Positions 1 through 9,164 of a stretch of 55,058 nt of DNA are shown here, piece after piece. Within the stretch, counting starts at the first letter, position 1. Every line of letters starts with the position of its first letter. The translations under genes were made by a program, and so were the position numbers. The DNA is taken from IMG/VR virus record IMGVR_UViG_3300009285_000008, one strand, 5' to 3'. The DNA is from a virus. The notes under the pieces were generated by a model. It had not been told where the DNA came from. It saw only the letters and a program-made list of their open reading frames with translations, and made no database searches.

Positions 1-77
1 CGCCGCCCTTTTCGTCCGGAAGGGCTGGCTTCACCTCGCCCGTCGCCGCTCCGTGCCCCGCTGCAAGCGTGGGCGAA
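1..77. repeat. Terminal direct repeat, copy 1 (identical to 54982-55058)
   Basis: The first 77 nt recur exactly as the last 77 nt of the window. This implies a circularly closed or terminally redundant 54,981-bp unit. Confidence 0.9.
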
Positions 78-178
78 GCGTGGCGCGTTGTACCCATACT
101 ATCGTCTCGACCACTGCGTTGCGCGGCAGCGTCAGTCGTACCATGCCGTCAAATCCTAGTCCCGTCTTGCTGACACTT

Positions 179-403
179 TCAAGCGATACTACCTGTCCCG
201 TCCCGTGCGAACAGTAACGTCACGACGGCGTTAGGCGGCAGGTTCAGCGTGATACCGGCCGGTACGACGTAGGCCATGTCGTCGCACCGCCTCTGGAGCA
301 CATCGCGCTCGTGTCGCGTTTCGCACCAGCCGCACACGTTGCACTCGTCCTCGTCGCTCCAACGTTCGCACGCGGTCGGATGGCCACAGGGCAGGTTAGC
401 CAT
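179..403 (-). CDS. hypothetical small Cys-rich protein
   Basis: 74-aa ORF with cysteine pairs CGHPTAC and CNVCGWC. It is the last gene of the minus-strand early block. Confidence 0.4.
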   Translation of the reverse strand: MANLPCGHPTACERWSDEDECNVCGWCETRHERDVLQRRCDDMAYVVPAGITLNLPPNAVVTLLFARDGTGSIA

Positions 404-707
404 GCCGCACCGCCCAGCGGATCAGGAAGCCGAGCGGTCCTGCGACCACGGCGCCGAGCCAGAACATAATGCGACCGTAGAGGCTGCGGTCGCGGATCGT
501 CTGGGGCGAACGAATGACGCGCCCCTGCGCGTCCATGAGCACGGCTAAGGGCGGCGGAGGCGGGTTCTCGTGGTCATGCGCCTTCAACTTCGACTCCTTC
601 AGCACCCCGTTTAGCCGGACCGTTTTGCAAACTACAACAGCAAGCTCTAGTAGATTATGATAATGATAAAGCTCTGGATTTTTGACCCTTTCCATCCAGA
701 TTTCCAC
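396..707 (-). CDS. hypothetical protein (start uncertain)
   Basis: 103-aa ORF. Its GTG start lies inside the AT-rich repeat region, so the true start is unclear. It has a PPPPP run and a hydrophobic C-terminus. Confidence 0.3.
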   Translation of the reverse strand: MEIWMERVKNPELYHYHNLLELAVVVCKTVRLNGVLKESKLKAHDHENPPPPPLAVLMDAQGRVIRSPQTIRDRSLYGRIMFWLGAVVAGPLGFLIRWAVRHG

Positions 708-780
708 TGTATCATTTCAACCTCTGGATTTATCTGGAGTGAAATCCAGATTATCTATAATATATCCATATTATCATCAT
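655..780. promoter_or_regulatory. AT-rich iteron-like region (candidate replication origin or operator cluster)
   Basis: Strongly AT-rich patch in a GC-rich genome, just downstream of the helicase gene. Two 31-bp units lie 50 bp apart. Each unit is CTCTGGATTT (672-681, 722-731) ... ATCCAGATT (694-702, 744-752), i.e. inverted TCTGGAT/ATCCAGA arms. An extra ATCTGGA sits at 732-738. The units are flanked by ATGATAATGATAA and TTATCATCAT. Confidence 0.4.
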
Positions 781-802
781 ATAGTTTTAAGGGTTACTAC
801 TA

Positions 803-2389
803 CTACTGCTCACCAAAATCGGGCAATTGACATAACCATCTACGGCATAAGCCTTTAGCGTCATTCTGTCTGATGCTCACGACTTTGGCTTGCTCACGAG
901 CGCGCACGAGCGTGATCCCGCTGATCCCGGCTGCTTTCGCGCCGGCCGTGAGCACGGAGGATGGAAGCGGGCCGTCGGCCAGCGTCTCGCGTATCCATGC
1001 AACGGCCCGGTCCAGTTCGGATGTACCGGGCGCTTTGCGCCGGCCGTCGGCTCGTTCGCGGTTGGCCGCTACAACCTGATCGGCCGTCACGTGGACGCCT
1101 TGAGCGTGCCAGACGACGTAGCCGACCAGCGTGGCTGCGTCCTCGCGTATTTCGTACCGCAGCGCGTCCTGCAGGGCCGAGAGGTTACTCTTGGCGTGTG
1201 CGAACAGCCGCACCGTCGGGTCATCTGGATCGTCCATGCAGGACCAGATGTTTCGACTGACGGCGCCGAACGCAACGCTGCCCATCACGGCGTCCATCGC
1301 GGCGCCCGCGCCCTTGCCGGAAGGCGCCTTGCTGTGATGGTGGACCGCCAGCACCGCGCAACCCGTTTCTTCGGCCAACGCACGGAGTGGGGTCAAGGCG
1401 GCGTAGACCTCAGTGTGCCGGTGCGAATCAACCTGCCCGCCCATGCACGAACCGATCGGATCGATCACCACGAGGGCCACATCGCCGACACGTGCAACGG
1501 CGTCCCGGAGGCCAGGCGCATCGCGTTCGAGCTGGAACAGGTGTTCTTCATCTCGCCGGTCCGCCACAACCTGCAGGACCGTCACGCGGGCTGCGTCACC
1601 GCATGCCAGGTCGAGCCGTGGCCGGAGCGTCCATGGAAGTGAGTCTTCGATCGCCACGCAGATCACGTTGGCCGGCGCATGCTGCGTGTGGGGCGGCTCA
1701 TTAGGCCAGCCGCGTCCCGTCGTGACGCGGGCCATCAGGTCGACCGTGACCATCGACTTGCCCTGACCGGGCCGGCCAGACAGCAGCGTGATGGACCGCC
1801 GGGCCATCCGTTTGTCCCACAGCCAGTCAACGGCTTCGGCCTCGATCGTCGCTAGATTGACTAGAACGGGCCGCAACTCAGGCGGCGGTTTGATCGGCCG
1901 TCCGCTCTCGACCGCCAGATTGGCCGACAGCACTTCCCCTAGTGCGGCCTGGGCTTCCGGCAACTCGACTGTCCCGGCCTCGATGTCCGACAAGAGGCGG
2001 TGGGTCGCGCTCGATACAGCCCGCCTGGCCGCCAGCCGGTTTAGCCTCTCGGCCACGCGCCGCAGGTTGCGCTGTGCGTAGGCATCGGCCGCCGCGCGTG
2101 CGATCCACCCGGTTAGCGCGGCCCAATCGCCGTTGAGCGCGACGGCCTCGACCAGCTCCGGCCCGTCGATCGACTCGCCCTCAGCCAGCTTGCCGGCCAT
2201 GCGGCGGACGCCGGCCAGGCAGCGTCGGGCCTGCGGGTCCGTCACGGCCTCGTCCTGGATCACGGCCAGCGTCTCGCCAAGTCGCGGTTGCGGGGTGCTG
2301 AGCAACGTGCCGACTAGTCGGCGTTCGGCAGTCCAGTCGTGCAGCCGTTTGGCCGCCCGGTCTTCCGGCGCTACTCGGCCTTGGCTCAT
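803..2389 (-). CDS. DnaB/RepA-like replicative helicase (RecA-fold, AAA_25-type)
   Basis: 528 aa. Walker A GRPGQGKS, Walker B-like ALVVIDPIGS, DnaB-N-like N-terminal region, C-terminal wHTH-like tail. Confidence 0.75.
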   Translation of the reverse strand: MSQGRVAPEDRAAKRLHDWTAERRLVGTLLSTPQPRLGETLAVIQDEAVTDPQARRCLAGVRRMAGKLAEGESIDGPELVEAVALNGDWAALTGWIARAAADAYAQRNLRRVAERLNRLAARRAVSSATHRLLSDIEAGTVELPEAQAALGEVLSANLAVESGRPIKPPPELRPVLVNLATIEAEAVDWLWDKRMARRSITLLSGRPGQGKSMVTVDLMARVTTGRGWPNEPPHTQHAPANVICVAIEDSLPWTLRPRLDLACGDAARVTVLQVVADRRDEEHLFQLERDAPGLRDAVARVGDVALVVIDPIGSCMGGQVDSHRHTEVYAALTPLRALAEETGCAVLAVHHHSKAPSGKGAGAAMDAVMGSVAFGAVSRNIWSCMDDPDDPTVRLFAHAKSNLSALQDALRYEIREDAATLVGYVVWHAQGVHVTADQVVAANRERADGRRKAPGTSELDRAVAWIRETLADGPLPSSVLTAGAKAAGISGITLVRAREQAKVVSIRQNDAKGLCRRWLCQLPDFGEQ

Positions 2390-2682
2390 ATTGTATCCTC
2401 CCCGTCAATCGCCCGAAGTATCCGCCTGAGCTGTCCGTGTGCCCGCAGCAGCGTCAGCTTGGCCGTCCGGTCCGCCTCCCAGACGATTTCGTCCAGCAGC
2501 TTATCCGCCGCGGCCCCGATATCGTGCCGATAGGCCGATCGGTATGTTTCCTCGCGCCACGTACCGGTGTCCGCCTGGAGCAGCTGCCATTGTAGCAGGG
2601 CGGCCAGCACGCAGGGCGTGGCGGCCTTGACGGGTTTGATCGGCCAAGCAACCGGATCGGACAAGACGCCACCGTTCGTCAC
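2386..2682 (-). CDS. hypothetical protein
   Basis: 98-aa ORF with a GTG start. It has 4-nt overlaps with both neighbours (GTGA at 2679-2682, ATGA at 2386-2389). Confidence 0.5.
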   Translation of the reverse strand: MTNGGVLSDPVAWPIKPVKAATPCVLAALLQWQLLQADTGTWREETYRSAYRHDIGAAADKLLDEIVWEADRTAKLTLLRAHGQLRRILRAIDGEDTI

Positions 2683-3152
2683 GTCGGCCCCTCCCCGTGC
2701 TCGAAACGTGCCTGCCGTCCGGCCAGCAGCGCGGCATCAACCGTCTTGGCCGACAGCACGACTTGTTCCCACGACCGCCCGTCGCCCAGCAGGAAGTCGA
2801 TCGAGCGCGACGACCGCAGCCGTGCCGCGCCCTTGAAGCGGTGGATGTGCTGTTCGCCCGGCGTGCCGCACAGCACCGCCAGGTCGCGTCCGTCCGCCGC
2901 GAACGCCGGCCAGCGCGGATCGATCGATCGCCAGTCGCCGTCGCCCGGCGGCTTAACCTCGATCCACAGCGCCCGCTGTGGCAGCCAGAAGTCCGGCAGG
3001 TAGGGGCCGGCCGCCGTCGTGTAGCCTTGGGCTTCGTATTCCCACGCTAGCCCCAGGCGGTCCAGCACGACGGCCCAGCGTGCTTCGAGCCGCGAGCGGA
3101 ATCGGTAGCCGAACGCCACGGTTTCGATTGGTCGAACCGTGCGGCAGCTCAT
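2679..3152 (-). CDS. PD-(D/E)XK-type nuclease
   Basis: The ORF track gives 2679-3203. I moved the start to M18, which gives an ATGA overlap with the upstream stop (3149-3152). YLPDFWL ... WIEVKP matches a D..(E)xK nuclease core. Confidence 0.55.
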   Translation of the reverse strand: MSCRTVRPIETVAFGYRFRSRLEARWAVVLDRLGLAWEYEAQGYTTAAGPYLPDFWLPQRALWIEVKPPGDGDWRSIDPRWPAFAADGRDLAVLCGTPGEQHIHRFKGAARLRSSRSIDFLLGDGRSWEQVVLSAKTVDAALLAGRQARFEHGEGPT

Positions 3153-3751
3153 ATTGTACCCCTGAATAGCGATGGTACAGACGGTCCGGTGCGTCGCCGC
3201 CAATCCATTTCATCTAACCGATCTGGGGCTAAATTGAACGTCAACAGTCCAACGAGTTGGTTTGTGGAGATGCGTTTCCAGTCCCATTCCATCCATTCAC
3301 TATCGACTGGCGTGGCCCCGGATAATGTCAGCAAATGTCCGCCGAATAGCCGCAATCGCACCCATTTCTTGTTGCGTTCACTCCACGCTTTGGTCGGGGG
3401 CGCGTGGTCCAGGGCGTGCGCGCCGCGCTTGTCTCTATTGACATTCATCTTGCGGTTGCGCATGACTTGGCTGAGCAGCTTCAGCGTATCGCGTTGTTGT
3501 TCATTGAGTTTAGCGGCATGCGACTTGACCTCAACGAACATTAGCGCTTGCACGGCACGGTCGCCGCGGCCATCTTGAGTGAACATATAGCGATGCAGCA
3601 ACAGATCAAGGTCAAAACGACAAAGCGCGGATTCCTTGGCGGACGATCCGCACTTTGGATGTGCCCGCAACCATGCGTTGAAGGGCGTCTCGGTCGATAC
3701 CGAATGTCCGCAATGCGGGCAGGCGACTCTCTCGCGGTATGCGGCAGTCAT
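3149..3751 (-). CDS. zinc-ribbon protein with PD-(D/E)XK-like core
   Basis: 200 aa. N-terminal CPHCGH, then DLDLLLH ... MFVEVK. Visibly more A/T-rich than the flanks. Confidence 0.45.
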   Translation of the reverse strand: MTAAYRERVACPHCGHSVSTETPFNAWLRAHPKCGSSAKESALCRFDLDLLLHRYMFTQDGRGDRAVQALMFVEVKSHAAKLNEQQRDTLKLLSQVMRNRKMNVNRDKRGAHALDHAPPTKAWSERNKKWVRLRLFGGHLLTLSGATPVDSEWMEWDWKRISTNQLVGLLTFNLAPDRLDEMDWRRRTGPSVPSLFRGTI

Positions 3752-4962
3752 GTGGCTTCGATCCGCCTTGAGGCTTCTGCCGCATGCGCCACGTCAATTT
3801 CCGCAGCCACCCATCGTCTCTCAAGGCGCTGTGCGGCCACCAATGTGGTTCCGCCGCCAGCGAACGGGTCCGCGACGATTTCCCCTTTGATCGTCAGCTT
3901 GTCGATGTAGTATGTGGCCTCGGATTCCGCCTGTTGCCAGTCGTGGTGAGATTTCTCTCGCGTTCCCGACGATACCGCGTCGTCAACAAACACTTCCTTG
4001 TCCCGCCGCGTTCCTTTGACGAACCATAGCATCGGCTTCCACTTTACGACGATCCCGTATTCGTTCATGCGGGCGCATTGTCCGCCGTGAATGCAGGCGT
4101 TGATCCACCACAGCCGCATCTTAGCCGCCATCAGCGGCAGGATGTCGGCCAGGAGATACTGGCCGGCGTATGCGATCAGGCTTCCGCCGGGCTTCAGGAT
4201 TCTGGCTCCGAGCGCAGCCAGGTCGCCATAGAGCGGGATGGATTCGCGGTCGTAGGGCGGGTCGGTGAAGATCAGGTCCACGCTGTTGTCCGGCACGTCG
4301 GCCAGCACGGTGCGAAAGTCACCGACGCGCAGACCGTCCGCGATCGACGTGCGTTTGGCTGCCTCGCGACGTTCTGTATCGCGTTCCTTCACCTTCATCT
4401 TTTTGTGTGCCCCGTCTACCTTCCCAGTCTTGTCCATTTCAGCGATCAGCGCAGCGTCGCCGCCGGCTACGACCGCCTTGGCCTTCTCGTACTGCTTGCC
4501 GCTCATGCCGACGGCCAGGCCGACCTTGTCGCGCGTCTCGCCCTTACTTGGCGGTAATTTACCGGCAAGTTTCTTTTTGCCGCGCCCGCCAGCCTTCTGC
4601 CCCTCAGCCTGCCTCTCCGCCGCCTTGGGTCGCTCCAGCTTCTCCAATTCGGCCCCGAGCGCCACGGCTTCGGACGGCGTGAAATCCTCGCGACAGGTGT
4701 TTTCGTCGCGCTCGGCTAGCAACGCCTCAGCCGCATCCTCAAAGCGACTGGCAATCACGGCGTCGATCGTCGTGACGCCGTTCTGCTTGACGGCCCGTAG
4801 GCGACGCGCCCCGACGACCAGCCGCAGGTCGGGCGTCACGACGATCGGATGGAGCAGTCCCCGGTCGCGGATGCTGGCTGCCAGCGCGTCCAAGTCGCCA
4901 TAGTCCCGCCTGTGCCGTTTGTCCTCTTTTACGTCCGCAACGGCGATCCCTTGCACCTTCAT
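3748..4962 (-). CDS. ParB-like N-terminal domain fused to DNA methyltransferase (N6A/N4C type)
   Basis: 404 aa. ParB/Srx-like N-terminus (LLHPIVV, GARRLRA), catalytic LIFTDPPY, AdoMet motif DPFAGGGTT. Confidence 0.85.
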   Translation of the reverse strand: MKVQGIAVADVKEDKRHRRDYGDLDALAASIRDRGLLHPIVVTPDLRLVVGARRLRAVKQNGVTTIDAVIASRFEDAAEALLAERDENTCREDFTPSEAVALGAELEKLERPKAAERQAEGQKAGGRGKKKLAGKLPPSKGETRDKVGLAVGMSGKQYEKAKAVVAGGDAALIAEMDKTGKVDGAHKKMKVKERDTERREAAKRTSIADGLRVGDFRTVLADVPDNSVDLIFTDPPYDRESIPLYGDLAALGARILKPGGSLIAYAGQYLLADILPLMAAKMRLWWINACIHGGQCARMNEYGIVVKWKPMLWFVKGTRRDKEVFVDDAVSSGTREKSHHDWQQAESEATYYIDKLTIKGEIVADPFAGGGTTLVAAQRLERRWVAAEIDVAHAAEASRRIEAT

Positions 4963-5123
4963 GCGTCACCGATAGGCTGGCCCGGCCGGGCTGCGGCGCA
5001 TGCACGTCCGCGGTGCTGGGCGGCGCGACACGCGGCGCGCAGCGCCGACCGGTCAGCCTGGTTGTGATTCGATTGATTGCACCAGCACCATGCCGCCCAT
5101 CATTACCGGCTGGCGCTCAGCCG

Positions 5124-5666
5124 TCAAGTGGACCGCACCACAGATTCGGTCGGCTCCGCCGCATCCGCAAACGTAAGCTGCTTGTAGACCCGCTCGACCG
5201 ACTGATACTCCAGCGCCGCCGTTCCGTGCCGCTCTACCACGTCGTAGAAGCCCGTCAGCATGAAGTCGTCGTGCCGGAGCGACAGCTTGGGCCGTCCGTC
5301 CGGGTGTTTGGCGGTCACGCCGTCCTGATCGACCACGACCTCGAGGTGCGTCAGCTCGTGGTCAATCAGCGCGCGTGCTTGCTCGGTGCTGAGTGGGTGC
5401 CAGGCGTAGTCGTCCAGTTCCAGGATGGCGTCGGCCTCGTGGATGCGCCGGTCGCGCGCGTGGCAGCGCCTTATCTGGCCCGCGACCGGATGGCCCTGTC
5501 GGGTCAGCGCTTGAACGTCAAGCGCCAGCCCCGTCTTGTCTGCCTCGCTGACCATCAGGCATTGCACGCGCACCCCGGCGCGTACAAGTTCCTGGTGGTG
5601 CTGCTCCATCACCTCGCGCACGAGGGTCAGCGTGTCGTCGTCCGCCTTGTCGTATCGCTTGGGCAT
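5124..5666 (-). CDS. putative zinc metallopeptidase
   Basis: 180 aa with HExxH (ALIDHELTHLE). This kind of protein commonly sits beside Sak4/DUF669 recombination genes in phages. Confidence 0.55.
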   Translation of the reverse strand: MPKRYDKADDDTLTLVREVMEQHHQELVRAGVRVQCLMVSEADKTGLALDVQALTRQGHPVAGQIRRCHARDRRIHEADAILELDDYAWHPLSTEQARALIDHELTHLEVVVDQDGVTAKHPDGRPKLSLRHDDFMLTGFYDVVERHGTAALEYQSVERVYKQLTFADAAEPTESVVRST

Positions 5667-5674
5667 GTCTGCTC

Positions 5675-5887
5675 CTATCGTAGCCAGCGCCGCGCGCCGG
5701 CGATCATGTTTTCGAGCGCTTCCATTTGCGGGGCCGTCAACTCCCCGTGCACGTCATACCATTGGCGCATCGACTCGCACTTTTCCGCTACGCTGCTGCG
5801 GAAGTTCATGACCGCGTCAACCGATTCCAGGTCATCAAAACGACCACTTGTCCATGCGCCTCGCGGTGGTGTCGGAAGCAGAGCCAT
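5675..5887 (-). CDS. hypothetical protein
   Basis: 70-aa ORF in the minus-strand operon, tightly spaced with its neighbours. Confidence 0.45.
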   Translation of the reverse strand: MALLPTPPRGAWTSGRFDDLESVDAVMNFRSSVAEKCESMRQWYDVHGELTAPQMEALENMIAGARRWLR

Positions 5888-5906
5888 TGCACGTCAAGCG
5901 GCTGCG

Positions 5907-6419
5907 TTACACCACACTTGAAACACTGCTTGTCCATGATGCCACCGTTAATGCAAGACCAATCCATGCCACAAAGCTAAAAGGGATGTCACTGTCCGCC
6001 GGCGGCGGGCCGTAGTCGGGTTCGGGTTGTGCTTCCGGTGGAGAGGATGCAGCCTTGACCGGCGGCGCGACCTGGGCGATGACATTCTTGTCGTCGTACT
6101 GTCCGCGTTCGTCGCGCTGGATTTTCACCTGCACGCGCAGGTTGCGGTTCAGCAGTAGCTCCGGCGTTATCTCGCCCTTGTCGAACTCTTCCGACAGCCC
6201 GACGGCGCGGCAGAGTTTCCGTAGACCGGACAGGCCGGCCGGGTTGTTCACGTAGTAGCGCTGGATGTCCGTCCGTCCGACCGGCGCGAACACGGTGAAC
6301 GACACGACCAGCATGTCATTTCTCGCCTTCGACACCTTTTCCTCGGCGGCCGCGATGCTGGCGTCGTACCATTCCTCCGGCAGCAGCGTGGCGTCGGCGT
6401 CTTTCGGGTTGTAGTGCAT
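5907..6419 (-). CDS. DUF669-like protein (possible ssDNA-binding partner of Sak4)
   Basis: 170 aa. The N-terminal two thirds resemble DUF669 phage proteins, and it abuts the AAA_24-like ATPase gene (stop/start adjacent at 6419/6420). Confidence 0.5.
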   Translation of the reverse strand: MHYNPKDADATLLPEEWYDASIAAAEEKVSKARNDMLVVSFTVFAPVGRTDIQRYYVNNPAGLSGLRKLCRAVGLSEEFDKGEITPELLLNRNLRVQVKIQRDERGQYDDKNVIAQVAPPVKAASSPPEAQPEPDYGPPPADSDIPFSFVAWIGLALTVASWTSSVSSVV

Positions 6420-7295
6420 CTAGGAAGCTCCGTTTTTCTTGCCAATCAGTTTGTTCGTGTACTGAATGCACGCCGCGCACGCGGCGGCCGGCATGTCCTC
6501 GAAGCGATCGACCCCGGCCTTGGCCAGCCACTTGTCCGGCGTGCCTTCCGGCAGGTTGACCACGGCTAGCAGCCGGACTAGCTCCGCGATTTGTTCCGGC
6601 GTGGCGAGCGCTTCCGGCTTGTGCTCGCGCTCGAGGTTGGCGCCGCCGTAGCGGCGATTGAACTCCGCGTAGGTCCAGTCGAAGCAATCGCCCAGCGGGA
6701 AGGCCTCGATCCGGCTGCCCTTGACGGTCACGACGCGCCGCGGCGCAGTCGGCGTTTCGGTCGGCCGCGCCTCCATCCAGAGGATCAGGTCGAAGATGTA
6801 GGGCAGCCGCTTCCAGCCATCGAACGTCGTGCCCAGCTTAGCCAGGTTCTGGCCGTACTCGGTCTTGGCGTGCGCCGTCATAATGACGTTCATGTCGAGC
6901 CGCATGATGAGGTTCATCATGCGTTTCATGGCGGTGTTCGCGACGCCGTAGTGCCGTCCGAACTCGGTCCCGACTTTTGCCTCGGCCCGCTCCAGCATGT
7001 CGTCATAGACCGTGGTGATCGGGTCGATGATTAACGTTCGGTGCTGGTGCTTGTCGGTATGGAGCGCCCGCAGTTCCGTCATTATTTCGTCGCCGTCATT
7101 GCTCGCGAAGTACACCGAACCGGCCTTCAGCATGGCGGCGACATATTGCTTCTCCTCGGCCCCGTGTTCGGTATCGACTAGGTAGGCTTGCGGGAATTGA
7201 AGCGCCGCAATTGTCTTTCCGACCTTGTGCTCCCCGAATAAAAAGAGCTTCAAGCGTTTCTCGACTGTCTCGGGTTTTCTAGCTCTGAGTGCCAC
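6420..7295 (-). CDS. Sak4-like RecA-fold ATPase (AAA_24)
   Basis: 291 aa with an N-terminal P-loop LFGEHKVGKT. Layout and neighbourhood are typical of Sak4-type recombination ATPases. Confidence 0.65.
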   Translation of the reverse strand: MALRARKPETVEKRLKLFLFGEHKVGKTIAALQFPQAYLVDTEHGAEEKQYVAAMLKAGSVYFASNDGDEIMTELRALHTDKHQHRTLIIDPITTVYDDMLERAEAKVGTEFGRHYGVANTAMKRMMNLIMRLDMNVIMTAHAKTEYGQNLAKLGTTFDGWKRLPYIFDLILWMEARPTETPTAPRRVVTVKGSRIEAFPLGDCFDWTYAEFNRRYGGANLEREHKPEALATPEQIAELVRLLAVVNLPEGTPDKWLAKAGVDRFEDMPAAACAACIQYTNKLIGKKNGAS

Positions 7296-7331
7296 CGTTT
7301 TTTCTCCAATAACGAACAGGTCGTCCAGAAC

Positions 7332-7739
7332 CTACGCTTTGTCATCTTCATTCTTCTGCGGCTCAATCCGCCGCGTCACCTTGCGCCCGTCCCACACGAC
7401 TAGCGCGCACGGCCCGTAGCGTTCCCACAGTTTAAGGTTGCGCCGGAACGCAGCCGTCTCGACGCCCTTGACCTCGTGCGCTTCGACGTACTCGCGCTCG
7501 CGCCATGGGGTATTGTCCAACATCACGACTAGGAAATCCGGGCGATATACATTCTCGGCGCAACCTAGCCGGAATGTCGGTTGCGGCACCCAGAACCGCA
7601 CCGCGCCGCCCGCCACCAGCCGGTCCAGCTCCGCGGCATAAGCCGCCTCCATCCTCGAGGCGTAGGACACGCCGGCGTACTCGGTCCGTTTGGCATGCCG
7701 TCCGGCGGCGATGCCGGAGAATCGTGCGGGCCGCTTCAT
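7332..7739 (-). CDS. DUF1064-type PD-(D/E)XK nuclease
   Basis: 135 aa; YRPDFLVV ... EAHEVKG core. Confidence 0.55.
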   Translation of the reverse strand: MKRPARFSGIAAGRHAKRTEYAGVSYASRMEAAYAAELDRLVAGGAVRFWVPQPTFRLGCAENVYRPDFLVVMLDNTPWREREYVEAHEVKGVETAAFRRNLKLWERYGPCALVVWDGRKVTRRIEPQKNEDDKA

Positions 7740-7978
7740 GGGTTTGCATCCGGCGACGGCTCGTCGCGGTAGAATTCCTCGACATCGTGATATCCAGTCG
7801 GCGGCACGGCCTCTCGAATCAAGTCGGCCAACTGTTGGATCGTAGCGACTTGGCCAGGGAAGCGCGGATGCTGCGACCCGAACTTGAACCGTCCCGTCCG
7901 GTCCAGGTGCTGCGCGATGGCGGTCGATACTTCGTTCACGGCTTTACCTTCCGCCACTTGCGGCAACTCAGCGTCCAC
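7736..7978 (-). CDS. hypothetical protein
   Basis: 80-aa ORF; 4-nt overlap with the downstream gene. Confidence 0.45.
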   Translation of the reverse strand: MDAELPQVAEGKAVNEVSTAIAQHLDRTGRFKFGSQHPRFPGQVATIQQLADLIREAVPPTGYHDVEEFYRDEPSPDANP

Positions 7979-8148
7979 AGGCTCTCGTATCTATTTACCG
8001 TCTCGCCTTTGTGCGACACTCGTTTTGCGAGGATGTACCGTTCGCCGACGGCCGTGATTTCGATCACGGTCACGCCGTAGCCTTCGTCGCCGGCCAGCCA
8101 CGTTCCCGGTAGCCAGCCGTTGCGGCGACATCTCTGCGCGTCGCTCAT
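7936..8148 (-). CDS. hypothetical protein
   Basis: 70-aa ORF in the operon. It overlaps the next ORF by 43 nt, so the start or neighbour boundaries are uncertain. Confidence 0.4.
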   Translation of the reverse strand: MSDAQRCRRNGWLPGTWLAGDEGYGVTVIEITAVGERYILAKRVSHKGETVNRYESLWTLSCRKWRKVKP

Positions 8149-8375
8149 GCGTCCGTCTCTTCGCCGATCGGCTGGTTAATCAGCTCGGCCAAATCGTCGA
8201 ACCGCTGGTCGTATTCCGACACAATTTCACGGGCGCATCGCCAGGCGATCCAGAGCCGGCGAACCGCAAGGTCGGCGTGCAATTGCACGATGGCCTGGTC
8301 CTCCGCGCTGAGCCGCATTTCGGACCGCGAACATGGCTTTTGAGTTTGCGACATCAACCATCTCGCCTTCGTCAC
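8145..8375 (-). CDS. hypothetical protein
   Basis: 76-aa ORF with 4-nt overlaps on both sides. Confidence 0.45.
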   Translation of the reverse strand: MTKARWLMSQTQKPCSRSEMRLSAEDQAIVQLHADLAVRRLWIAWRCAREIVSEYDQRFDDLAELINQPIGEETDA

Positions 8376-8935
8376 CCCATGAACTGCACCACCAAACCGT
8401 CGAATCCGTCGCCTGAGAAGTATGCTGGCCCGTGCGCTTCCGTCGGCAATCGTACCGCCGTCACACCCGCGTCGCGCAGCCGTGCGATCTGCCCGGCAGT
8501 GAGGCGGTAGTTAGACCTGATCGTGACGCCAACCTGCGCGTAGCCCCGGTAGCACTCCGCGCACACGCCGCCCTGCCCGCTTGCGCCGCAATCGGGACAA
8601 TCATGCTCGTGTCCCAAATCACACTCTTGCTGACCCGTGCCGTTGCAGTCCGGGCATGTCTCGTACCGGCCGGTGCCTTTGCAATTCTTACACATGTGTT
8701 CCACCGTCAACTCCGGCAGTGGTGTAACCTCCTCGTCGCGCGCGTCGTGCCATCCTATCGCGCGCGGGTCAGGGGCCTTCTGATGTTCAGCGGCGCCCTG
8801 GACGACCTGCGTCGTCCGCACGCACGCCCGGCCGTCGGTCGCGTACGTGAAGCCGCAGCGCCGAAACGGCACGTCCATCGCATAGCGGCCGATCCCTCGC
8901 GCGCAGAATGAGGCGAAAATCTCATCGATCGTCAC
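8372..8935 (-). CDS. DnaJ-type zinc-finger protein
   Basis: 187 aa; CKNCKGTG, CPDCNGTG, CPDCGASG, CAEC = CxxCxGxG repeats. Confidence 0.55.
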   Translation of the reverse strand: MTIDEIFASFCARGIGRYAMDVPFRRCGFTYATDGRACVRTTQVVQGAAEHQKAPDPRAIGWHDARDEEVTPLPELTVEHMCKNCKGTGRYETCPDCNGTGQQECDLGHEHDCPDCGASGQGGVCAECYRGYAQVGVTIRSNYRLTAGQIARLRDAGVTAVRLPTEAHGPAYFSGDGFDGLVVQFMG

Positions 8936-9164
8936 GGTCAGGCTCCTCGGTAATCTCGGTAATCAATGTGTTCCTCAGCATCTTCCCGCGCGCCGGGAAC
9001 TCCGTCAGCCGCGAGACGCCGCCGGCGCACTCGATCGGCGCGCAGTGCGCGCAGTGAACGCACCAGAAGCATCCGCGCTCGACGTGAACATTGAAGCCGT
9101 CCACGGCGTTAAAAACCTCCAGGCCGCAGGTGTCGCAAGTCCACGACTGGTAGGCGCGCGTCAT
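8922..9164 (-). CDS. hypothetical Cys-rich protein
   Basis: 80-aa ORF with several CxxC pairs (CDTC, CVHCAHC). Confidence 0.4.
   Translation of the reverse strand: MTRAYQSWTCDTCGLEVFNAVDGFNVHVERGCFWCVHCAHCAPIECAGGVSRLTEFPARGKMLRNTLITEITEEPDRDDR

Noticed and set aside
4963-5123. 16-codon minus-strand ORF (MMGGMVLVQSIESQPG) in the gap between the ParB-methyltransferase and metallopeptidase genes
   Set aside because: It is too short and has no clear ribosome-binding site or conservation evidence, so it is left unannotated.
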